Under the pieces are notes generated by a model. It was not told the DNA's origin, searched no databases, and saw only the letters and a program-made list of their open reading frames with translations. A program made the position numbers and the translations under genes. Below, in pieces: positions 1-11,600 of a stretch of DNA of 64,000 bases. The stretch's first letter is position 1; the number at the start of each line of letters is the position of its first letter. Source of the DNA: Antedon mediterranea (Eukaryota > Animalia > Echinodermata); NCBI RefSeq assembly GCF_964355755.1, contig NC_092671.1, forward strand, positions 5,890,001-5,954,000. Reading direction: 5' to 3'.

Positions 1-559
1 TTAGTTTATGTATATATTTTTTAATCAATTGTCCTAGTTGTTTTAATATCAGGAAGATTTGTTTTAATGATTTGAATTATAAATTAAAAATATAAAGATG
101 TTTAAACATCTTTTTTCTCTTATATATCATCTACAAATAGATTAAGAAAAAGAAATTAGAATTTTTAATATCTTCTTCCTTTTTCAAATCTACAATTTTA
201 ATTGAGAGAAAAATGACATTAACTGAAGGAATGAAATAAACTTAATACATTTCAAGATAAACATCAAACATTAAACATCAAATTACAGTAAATAAATATT
301 TATAATATTAAAATTTCCAAATGGGGGCAGCAGACTGCTTTAAATGTTTATGACATATGCTTATTTTTCTCTGTTTTATTTTCTATTTGTTTTAATATGC
401 AGTGATTAAAAAGTAAGATTAAAATTTACTTTTTAGTACTGGCAATCTGTACAAACCTATAAACAGAGTCTATTCTGCCTATTTCCAATTTATAGATGTT
501 TTGTTACCCTTTCATTAAATTAGTATGAATGCTTCTGTGTTGTTAAAGATGATAATTAA

Positions 560-729
560 TTAGTACATTATCTATCATTATCCTTATTTTTTTATTTATT
601 GTAGTTTTTTTATAATTGGATTTTTATGATTTGTATTTTTGTACTGTTTGCATTGTGTTGTTGAGGGCCCCAATGATCAGCTGTGCTCGATGGGCTACCC
701 TCATAAAACATGGTTCAATAAAATAAAAA
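560..729 (+). mobile_element. LINE/SINE 3' tail fragment of the same tail family
   Basis: GAGGGCCCCAATGATCAG...GATGGGCTACCCTCATAAAACATGGTTCAATAAAATAAAA at 663-729 matches the tail at 55338-55420. Confidence 0.65.
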
Positions 730-817
730 CATGTTTTAAAGACATTTAATGTTTTATGTGTAAATTGTAATTTTATTATCAATAACTAATGTAATTTTGA
801 TTACTTCCATTGTGCAG

Positions 818-2307
818 GGCTCTCTTAAAGACATCATTAAAGCCTATGGTGCATTGACGGAATCCGTAACGAGGAAGTACACCAGACAGATACTAGAGGG
901 TGTCTCGTTCCTTCATGCTAGTCATATTGTTCACAGGGATATTAAAGGTAATGCTCCCTAAACTTTGGTATATTTTGTTATGTATAAGGTTTCTTTCAAT
1001 AAGGAAATAGATCTTTCCACTGTGGTCCTCCATTTACAAAATACATCAATGTTACACAGTGAAAATTAAACAAACAAATATCCTGCTGTATATCTACATC
1101 TCATATTTAACAAGCTCTGCCTACATTATCAAAAAATGTTATGAGACCATATATGGGCATGATGTCATATCACTATCATATTTGGGCATATCACAACCAT
1201 ATTTGGCACATCACATTTTGTTGTCAAACTAGTTTGATAGTGTAGACAGAGCTTAAGGAAAAACTAATTACGTTATTATCTTGAATGATTTAATAAAACT
1301 TGGGCATCTTTGTAAATATAAACAAATTAAAACTATTATGTAATAATGGGCACAAATATATAAATTGGCATTTTCTTTTTACATTTATCTTGCAGGTGCT
1401 AACATTCTTCGTGATTCCATGGGTAACATCAAGCTAGCTGATTTTGGTGCATCAAAGCGGTTACAGACGATTTGTACAGCTGTTACTGGTATGAAAACTG
1501 TGACTGGTACACCGTACTGGATGAGTCCAGAAATTATTAATGGTGAAGGTTATGGTAGAAAAGCTGATGTATGGTATGTTACTCTCTCTTTTTATCATAG
1601 TATCCCTGTACCAAGTTAAATTGCGAATCAATTTGTTTTTGTTCACTTTGAAAATATATTCCTACTGCCCCTGTTCAAAACATTATAATAATAATTAGTT
1701 ATAGACATATTGAGGGCTTCTTTAACTCAGGCACCAGAGATCTGGAACCAACTTCCTTGTTCCATCTGTTACACTCCATCCCCTTTTCAATTCAAATCTC
1801 TCCTGAAAATTCACCTATTTCAATAGCTATTCTTTTCATGGAGAAAATCAAATGGGGAATGTTTTTGCATTTGGATAGTTTTTGAGAAATGTGCACATGT
1901 TGATCAATCTAATATTGCCAAAGATTCTTCAAACTAATTGTTTATGATAAAAAAGAAATAACAATGTTTGTACAGATAATTTCTAAATATTCATTATGAT
2001 ACCAGTCAAGTCAAGACCAACTGAATGATTTTAAAAAGTTATATTAAAGTTATGTATTTTTGTTTTTAGGAGTATTGGTTGCACAGTAGTAGAAATGTTA
2101 ACAACCAAGCCCCCATGGGCCGAGTTTGAAGCGATGGCCGCCATTTTTAAGATTGCTACCCAACCTACAAACCCATCACTTCCTGGAAACGTGTCAAACG
2201 ACGCTAAGGACTTCATACGATGTACATTTCAACAAGCACCAAAAGACAGGCCACTGGCTGTACAACTTTTAGGTCACCGCTTTGTTAGTCAGTTTAATAT
2301 GGAATAA
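818..2307 (+). CDS. MAP3K2/3: MEKK2/MEKK3-type MAP kinase kinase kinase, 3' end (last three coding exons; 5' part outside window)
   Basis: Exons 818-947, 1396-1573 and 2070-2307 have GT-AG ends and splice in frame: [70 protein letters not shown]...[58 protein letters not shown]...FNME*. These are MAP3K2/3 signature motifs. Confidence 0.95.
1113..1253. mobile_element. MITE family A (PIF/Harbinger-like, TIR AGCTCTGTCTACACTATCAAAC)
   Basis: Termini AGCTCTGCCTACATTATCAAA / GTTTGATAGTGTAGACAGAGCT; same family as copies at 13544, 14790, 23309, 49580 and 60605. Confidence 0.8.
1712..1832 (+). mobile_element. Decayed L2/CR1-type LINE ORF2 C-terminal fragment
   Basis: Translates as ..[30 protein letters not shown], the canonical 'AP..WN.LP..I....S...FK..LK.HLF' LINE ORF2 ending. 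Confidence 0.6.
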
Positions 2308-5300
2308 GGAATTGTGTCAATGCTGTATTCTTCAGTAAAATATATTATGGATCCAAACAGTGAAATATGTTGAATCTTGAAGCATGAAGAATATATGCAT
2401 AAAAGTTACCTATAAATGCAAGCAGTGGAAATCGTTTTTTAGGCTGCTCAGCAGGTAATTTCAGCCTGCTTATATGAAATAGAGAATACACCTGGAATGC
2501 AGTTACAGTGTGTTGTTTCCTTCTCTTATAAAAGACGCTGATATGTGCTTTATATCACTCATAGAAATTTAATTTCTTGAGTACTTCACAACAAAACGTG
2601 CAGACAATATATTTCATGAAAGGACTAAATGAAAAGCATGTTTGAATATGAAGTAAATGGAAAACAAACTGGAAACACAAACAACATACTGGAGGTGATA
2701 TTATTGACAACAATTCTCAAATAAAGTACATATGTATTTCATCAACAGTTTGAAATTTAAAACATATTTTGTTTACTCACTTACATGTAGCTGTTTTTGC
2801 ACTTTCTCATGTTTTTCTTTATATTTGAGTAAAAATACACTGCGAAAATAAACTTGCTTTTATAATAAGTCATTTTGTAAAAGTTGAATATGTCTGATTC
2901 GATTTCAAGATGTTTTTGAAAACCTGATCAAGAGAAAGTTACATAATATGAAGGTTTCTATACAATCATTTATAAATTGGAGAGGAAGACATGGTCTATA
3001 AGAGTTTTGGGTGACGTTCAGATGTGCAAATAGTAATAGTGTTGTAGCTAATGATATTTACATAATTTTCAATGCATTGGGAATAACGATAGACTTGATA
3101 GCTTTGAAATATTTAAAAATCTCAATTTGCTTTTTTCCCTTTTGTCGATAAATGATGTTGTCCACTACCCAAGTATGTTAGCTAAGACACCATTACAACT
3201 CACATCTGAACAACACCTGTGATTATTATATTAATTAGTCAATTAAAAAAAACATAATGAAATGAGTAAATAAACACTTAATAATGTTATGCTACAATGA
3301 TTGGGTGATGTTTAAATGAATACCAAAAATTCATTGCAATACGTGATTCCTTATCACAAATTTTGTAGCTTTTTTTATGGGGTAAATCCAAGCAAGTTTG
3401 ATTGAAAGTGCCTTTCTTGTTATCAGATAAGATTTTTAAATGAAAATAATAAGAAAAACACCTTGGAATTTTATGCAAATTTATTCCATTGAAAACGTAC
3501 TATTCAAGCAACTTAGGGAGTCATTAGTTCTATGGCATATTTTTGCTGCTGGAGGTTTTTGTATCAATTTGCCAAAAAAAAGTATTGTATACGATTGTGT
3601 TTGACAATTACCAATTACATATTGTTTAAATTATGTAATTTATTTAGTATTTTAATTTTGAAATGTGATATTAAGATGAATAAAATATTCCATTTTCTTT
3701 CCTGTCATATTAATTTGTTGTAAAAATAATAATGTAGGTTCGAATTTGATTTCATATTTATTCCATTTTCATCCAAAATTACAAAATTATCAGACTGTCG
3801 TATAGTAGGTAGTCTGATCTATGTTTTAAATAGTAAATTTACTATTTACTACAAATACTATTATTTTAAAAATGCAGGAGAACCCTTCATTTGGCACACC
3901 CCCATTCAGGGGTGACACTTTCTTGATTAGCAAACAGCTATCTATGGCTTACGGTATGACGAGCAATGCTATGCCTCACAGCATAATTCATTGACATAAT
4001 TTTTGTTGTTTGTCCATTAATGATTTATGAAAAAATAAATAAATTATCTTCCGCACTATGCTACTTCTGTTATGCTTCCCTGCATGGTGTATCAAAGGGA
4101 TACTTTGCTAGCCCCCAAATGTGTCCCCCCTTAATAGGGGTTCCACTGTAGTACATATATTAGTTATCAATCAATATCATTTGCGACATTTCAGCCCCAC
4201 TGTGCCTTTTCAGTCAAATCATTCTTTCTCCTTTATAAACTGGATATTCAATATCTCAAGAAACTTGTCATTGTAACACAGTACTAGATTGTATACACTT
4301 GTGTGGCATCAACATTTACGTCACTTTTTTTTTTCACTTTCTGCTAAAATGCCTTTTTAAATTAACCATAACAAAATATACTTAAATGAATTATTTTTGG
4401 TGATTCTTGGTACTGTATCTATAATTTGTAGAGTATCATAGGCAAATACTTTTAAACGGTCTTACATATGTATCGCATGTGGTAATTCAGGCATCACATG
4501 TGATATATATGTGACGGTGTATTATAGAATCTGACTATTATACTGTACATATTATATAATATAGAGATATAGTATAGGGAACATGGTGTCATGAAATTGC
4601 TTCTTATTCATGTGGTGCTTTATGAATATGGTATTTGTATATAATATATCAAAATAGATATTGATAAAATACATGATTGTTAGTCATTTTCTTGACTAAA
4701 CATGACAAATAATATCGACCTTTGGATGTGGTAAAAGAAGTATTTATGAATTATAGATTATTACATGTGTGTATATCACAATTAAATTATATATTAATTA
4801 TTTGTTACAAAGCATTATTATAAATATTTTATTATTTTAGCTTATATAAAGTGCTATATATCATCTATTTTATTCATGATTACAATAGATACTATTATTT
4901 TTTATTTAAATTATGTCTAAACTTTTCAGTCGTATATTACTTTGATTATTACATTATATATAATAATTATTGATAATATATAATTTATATTTAAACAATG
5001 CATCTGCAGTGAAATAAGTATTTTTACTTTTATTTGATTGGTTTATTCAATATGATTCTTTAGAACAAAGAAATACCATGTGGTAGAAATCTGCGTTCTG
5101 ATTGGTATAATAAATGGTTAATAGATCACGTATCAATATGTATGCAAATTAACCAACAATGTAACAACAAAATAAAAATTCACCTGTAATTTAACAACAA
5201 TAGTGTGTAAATTAGTTAAAAATGAAACAAAATTATGATTTAAAAGTAATTTATGTAGTTTCCCCTATTAGTGATAGTTTTGGTAATTTCATAACTTAGC

Positions 5301-6914
5301 CCACCTTAAATTCACCATTTTATGTCTTTCTTTTCAATTAATTATTTTTTTAACATTTATAATTAATATATAATTATATATTCCTTTGGACTAGAAAATA
5401 AGAATACAATTTTTTAGATATTAAGGATATACAGAGGTGTAAATTCTTATCCCTTTATTTCTTGAATAGTGTTTGTCATCATTTGAATAAGTTTATCTAA
5501 TTGTGCAAAGTGAAAGTGGCGGATGGTTATTCAGGATTTCATCACATCGCTGATAACAATCTTGATTGTTTTTATACATTTTACAGTTGAATGAACCTCA
5601 TAAGGTCATTTGTTGATAGTTTATACCACTCCTTCGTAAACCGTGGAGAGGTTAAGAAACTGTTTCCTACACCGTAAAACGCAAGATTTTGCCATCTATT
5701 CCGGCGCAGCACTCTGGAGGGTGGGGGTGGGAACATATTTGTAGGGGAAGATTGTCTCCCTCACTTTTCGTTGGTCATCTGTTACATTTGTCTGATATGA
5801 AATCGAATAAAACCAAACAGTATACCTGTATATTTTTAGGTTAAAAATTCTACCCATTCATATAGATGCATTTTTTATATAGATTGCTTTGTTCTTACTG
5901 CTTTTGATAGGATGTATTTGATTGACAATATTGTCTTAAATCTTGTATACTATTAAACTATTAAAAGACCATTGTAAAAAAAAGTAATTAACCGTAAATA
6001 AAAATTGTTTCTGAATTCCAAATTATTTTTCCATAAAAAGTAATTATTGATTTTTATCATTGCGAAATTCTCGAATATTTTAATTCTGAATGTTTTGCAA
6101 ATGATTATCAGATAGATGACCACATGTGATCAAATTCAAACAGAAATCTTGATATCGCTAATGTTTTACTCAGGTTTTTATTGTTTTGGTTTAAACAAGT
6201 ACATTAAAATATACATTTACATGTTGTTTATTATCATGGATGTATTTTCTGTTGCCAATTTAACTTCTTTTTTTGCAAAAAGGCATTTGAACCACTCCAA
6301 ACTATTCTATTCTCTCTTAGCATAGGGATCTGAATCAAGCTTGATGGACCTATAAATTAGGTCTATGATTTGAGCTAATTACAAAGTTTAGACTATTATC
6401 TAAGAATCAAACATGTTTTTGTGTGAACAAGACCTTAATAACACTAAAACCAACAGACTTTTTTACTTGTAGATCAAGAATTTGAAAATTTTATAGTATG
6501 AATCGGTATAAAATTGTCCATAATTTTGTAAATATGTTTAAAACCAAATTTTAAGTGGTATATTGTAGACAGAAAAAACAGACATTACCAAGCGTGAAAT
6601 CTGTAATTTATAATTTTGTCTTTTTACTAATTGTATTTTGTAGATGTCTTAAATTCACTTAATTTAATAGTGAAAAGTATCAAGTTATAGGTATTGATAA
6701 TTTGAAAGAATATATAATGTCTTTATATTTCGCTGGTAATGATATATTAAGCTTGGCCTACAATATAATATTGGCAAACATCTGCGATTATGTATTGTTT
6801 ATTCTATTTTATACAAAAGTGTAAAATAAAGACTTATACACAAATCAATTGTCTTGTTTTTTATTTTTGTGTTTTATGGATTCATTTTGTTGAGTCTATT
6901 GATGTACAATATCG

Positions 6915-8345
6915 TATGGTGCCCATGTAGTTTGTGTTTTTGCTTGTTTTTTTTTTTGAGTTGTTTAATGTTGCTTCTATGTATCCTATGGTGCCTATTG
7001 TCACAATATGTAGTTTGTGAATTTGCTTGTTGATGTTGTTTTTTGAGTTGTTTAATGTTGCTTATATGTGTCCCATGGTGCCTATTGTCACAATATGTAG
7101 TTTGTGTTTTTGCTTGTGGTTGTTTTTGGAGTTGTTTAATGTTGCTTCTATGTATCCTATGGTGCCTATTGTCACAATATGTAGTTTGTGAATTTGCTTG
7201 TTGATGTTGTTTTTTGAGTTGTTTAATGTTGCTTATATGTGTCCCATGGTGCCTATTGTCACAATATGTAGTTTGTGTTTTTGCTTGTTGATGTTTTTTG
7301 AGTTGTTTAATGTTGCTTATATGTGTCCCATGGTGCCTATTGTCACAATATGTAGTTTGTGAATTTGCTTGTTGTTTTTTGAGTTGTTTAATGTTGCTTC
7401 TATGTATCCTATGGTGCCTATTGTCACAATATGTAGTTTGTGAATTTGCTTGTTGTTTTTTGAGTTGTTTAATGTTGCTTACATGTATCCCATGGTGCCT
7501 ATTGTCACAATATGTAGTTTGTGAATTTGCTTGTTGTTTTTTGAGTTGTTTAATGTTCCTTTAATATAATGTATCCTATGGTGTCTGTTGTCACAATATG
7601 TAGTTTGTGTTTTTGCTTGTTGATGTTGTTTGAGTTGTTTAATGTTGCTTATATGTATTATGGTGCCTATTGTCACAATATGTAGTTTGTGAATTTGCTT
7701 GTTGTTTTTTGAGTTGTTTAATGTTGCTTATATGTATCCCATGGTGCCTATTGTCACAATATGTAGTTTGTGAATTTGCTTGTTGTTTTTTTAGTTGTTT
7801 AATGTTGCTTCTATGTATCCCATGGTGCCTATTGTCACAATATGTAGTTTGTGAATTTGCTTGTTGATGTTTTTTGAGTTGTTTAATGTTGCTTCTATGT
7901 ATCCCATGGTGCCTATTGTCACAATATGTAGTTTGTGTTTTTGCTTGTTGATGTTTTTTGAGTTGTTTAATGTTGCTTATATGTATCCCATGGTGCCTAT
8001 TGTCACAATATGTAGTTTGTGTTTTTGCTTGTTGTTGTTTTTTGAGTTGTTTAATGTTGCTTATATGTATCCCATGGTGCCTATTGTCACAATATGTAGT
8101 TTGTAAATTTGCTTGTTGTTTTTTTAGTTGTTTAATGTTGCTTACATGTATCCTATGGTGCCTATTGTCACAATATGTAGTTTGTGAATTTGCTTGTTGA
8201 TGTTGTTTTTTTAGTTGTTTAATGTTGCTTATATGTATCCCATGGTGCCTATTGTCACAATATGTAGTTTGTGTTTTTTCTTGTTGATGTTGTATATTGA
8301 GTTGTGCAATGTGGCATATGTATGGTGCCTGCTGTCACAACTAAT
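6915..8345. repeat. Minisatellite, ~81-86 bp unit, roughly 17 copies
   Basis: Recurrent GAGTTGTTTAATGTTGCTTATATGTATCCCATGGTGCCTATTGTCACAATATGTAGTTTGTG.. with a variable T-rich spacer; ends ~350 bp upstream of the sushi gene ATG. Confidence 0.95.
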
Positions 8346-8693
8346 GTTGTAGTTTCTGTTTTGCTTGTCAACAACCTGAACCGTAGTTTCTATTCTTGAT
8401 AATGATAATTTCCATTGTCTATTGAGTTGATTAAAAGCCAAATTGATAATAGTCTGTTATAATTTTTTTTTTTAAAGAAATATATTAATTATAGGGAGAA
8501 GTTTTATCTGTCATTAATCACAGTCAAGGCATTTCCTTTATTTGGATATGTTAAGGATTTCCTGTTAGTTTCCTTCATACCAAGCCTTGTTGCCAAGCCT
8601 TGCTGAATACAAGGAAAGGAAAAAGATTCAGTACACAGTATTACACTTGACCGCAAGAGGAATCATACAATCAAGAATTTATTCTTGGTAAAG

Positions 8694-11600
8694 ATGTCAA
8701 TCCCTCCTGTATTTTATGTGTTTGTGTTGCTACTCTTTGTAACTGGTAAGTTTATATTGTAATTGAATTGTGTTTCAAATTGTTTGCACATGTACTGTAC
8801 TGTATATTTTGCTGTTATTCCTTAAAAATCTTGTTATATTCATACAACATTGCATTTCAGTTATTATAATATTTATTATTGTATCATATTATTTAGTGAT
8901 AAAGATACATTTTTTGTAAAATTCATTTTCTGTAACTTTGTTCTTTTTTTAGTGATAAGTGCACAAGATTGTGCGTACAATGAAACCGAAGTAGACCGAA
9001 CCGGCCGTAGATGTAATCGCGAAAGTGCGGAATGTTCAGATACAAAGAAATGCAAGGGCAAGAGACGATGTAGGTGTGATGATATATGTGGTACAGTTTG
9101 TATCCCAGTTTGTAAGTATTTTTTATCATTTTAACCCCTAAAAAAAAGGGGGGGGGGATTTTTTTTACACCCACTATTTTATTTTTGAAGTTGATACATC
9201 TATGTCCAGGCGTAAATGCAATCTACATGCTATATCTACGCCTATTTTGTTTCAGTTATCATTTTTTAAACAATTTGAAACTATAGGAATTGTTAGCACA
9301 TTGGTTGTAACGGCACTGAATGCTATATTTCAATGTGAAGGACCTAGTTCAAATCTGGATTTGGTCCAATATCATTTGTCTCTCTAAACACACTTTCTGA
9401 TGACATAGTATACTGTAAATTAATTCATCTTTGTTATATGTCATTTACAGTTCGAGACAACTACTGTGATGTTGCTGACCTTGGAGAGCCTACTGTTGGA
9501 TTAAGCGTGTCGTATTCAGATGAACGGATACGTTTTGCAACTAACGCCACTTTTAGCTGCAGCCCTGGCTACAAACTATCTGATGAATCATTAAGCGTTA
9601 GAATGTGTCGTGGGGATGAACGTTGGAGCGGTGAGACACCGACTTGTATCACAGATGGTTAGTATGATTTTATTATTATTGCTAGATGTTATAATGCTTG
9701 GTTCTCACTAGCAATGTAATGCAATCTACACAACGCAAGAAAATGCCCTTCCAATCATTGTGTTTTCCCCCGCCTGCGTGAAATCAAACCTAATCTAACC
9801 CACTTGTGTTTACGCAATACAGCACTTTGCGTCGATACGTTGCGTTCTAGTGGGAACCACACTTAAAACATAATACATAAATTACTACAGTCAAAGGGAT
9901 TTGGTTGGTGAATTGTCATTCATATAAAAGTAAGTAATTGTAGGATGATGAATTCGTATTTTGTCCGTTATACAGTTGCAATTAAAGCACAGTGGACTAC
10001 TGTAGGTGTTGTACATACAACTTCCTCGTTACATCACCAAACAGGGCTTTTTCATCTGCTTTGCAATAAAAGTACTGAAAAAGAATGTCAATCAATAGAC
10101 CATTTTCTTGATACAAATGACAATAATCAGTTTACGTTTGCGCTATCTATTATGTAGATTATATATGGCACTATATATGCACTATATTGCACTTGTTGTA
10201 TTATTCAATTCAATTTGATTTCTTTTTATTTCGGAAATATCATCCATATTAATAAACTTATAAACAGAAAAAAAAATCGTAAACTCTAAACTTAAGTATA
10301 TAGAATGCTTCTCCATCTACAATACATTTTGGAGTTATGGATGTTTGCAAACACAAACAACAAGGATGTTACCACTATTCAACATACGTTGCATGAAACC
10401 ATAGGTAGATTTTCATTCAATAAACATTGCACTGGCACTACTACTTCTAGAGACATTAAGTATACGGCGCATAGCATTATTGTAGCATACAGTAAGAGAT
10501 CTAATAGTCTTCATACGATAGTTACACCAAAGGGATGCATTATCCCTATCATTGTAATTATGTTATTTACTTCAATTTTAGTGGGTTGTGGTGAACCTCC
10601 TTTTGTGGAGTATACAGTACACAATGGTACTGTAAATGGTAAAAATCGTGAAATATATGGCATTGGGGAACGTCTTCAATACACTTGTGATTATGGTTAT
10701 GCTAGTCGCAAAAGAATTCCTTATATTACTTGTGAACGAGATGTATTCAACTCATCAATCGCTAACTGGACTGAAGTTGACCCGTCTGTGCCATGTACTC
10801 GTAAGTTTTTGAAAGAGACTTGTAAATGAAATTGATAAAAAAGATTATAAATGAACATTAATAGATGGTCATAATTATGATAATGTTTTTTAAAGTTTCA
10901 TATAGGAAAAAACACAAGTAAAATAAAGTTAAAGTTAAATTTATGTTTTATTTACATTCAATTTAGCTGTTAGCTGTGGCTTTCCTGGGTCTGTATCAAA
11001 TGGAAGAAGAAATGGAAATGTTTTTAACTTTGGAAGTTCAGTCACATTTGAGTGTTACACAGGTTATGTGCTATCTGGAAGAAGTTACAGAGTATGTCAG
11101 GCAGATGCAGAGTGGAGTGGGTCCGTTCCTGTATGTAATCGTAAGTATTTATACCTACAGTGCATTTTATATTATGCCAGGCAGATGAAGAGTGGAGTGG
11201 GTCCGTTCCTGTATGTAATCGTAAGTATTTATACCTACAGTGCATTTTATATTATGCCAGGCAGATGAAGAGTGGAGTGGGTCCGTTCCTGTATGTAATC
11301 GTAAGTATTTATACCTACAGTGCATTTTATATTATGTCAGGCAGATGAAGAGTGGAGTGGGTCCGTTCCTGTATGTAATCGTAAGTATTTATACCTACAG
11401 TGCATTTTATATTATGCCAGGCAGATGAAGAGTGGAGTGGGTCCGTTCCTGTATGTAATCGTAAGTATTTATACCTACAGTGCATTTTATATTATGTCAG
11501 GCAGATGAAGAGTGGAGTGGGTCCGTTCCTGTATGTAATCGTAAGTATTTATACCTACAGTGCATTTTATATTATGCCAGGCAGATGAAGAGTGAAGTGG

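Noticed and set aside
7298-8200. Cys/Leu-rich ORFs in the ORF track
   Set aside because: They are translations of the minisatellite in shifting frames, with no splice context or domain signal.
11593-11595. In-frame TGA in one repeat copy as a selenocysteine codon
   Set aside because: It replaces Trp (TGG>TGA) in 1 of 15 copies and I see no SECIS; a simple point mutation explains it.
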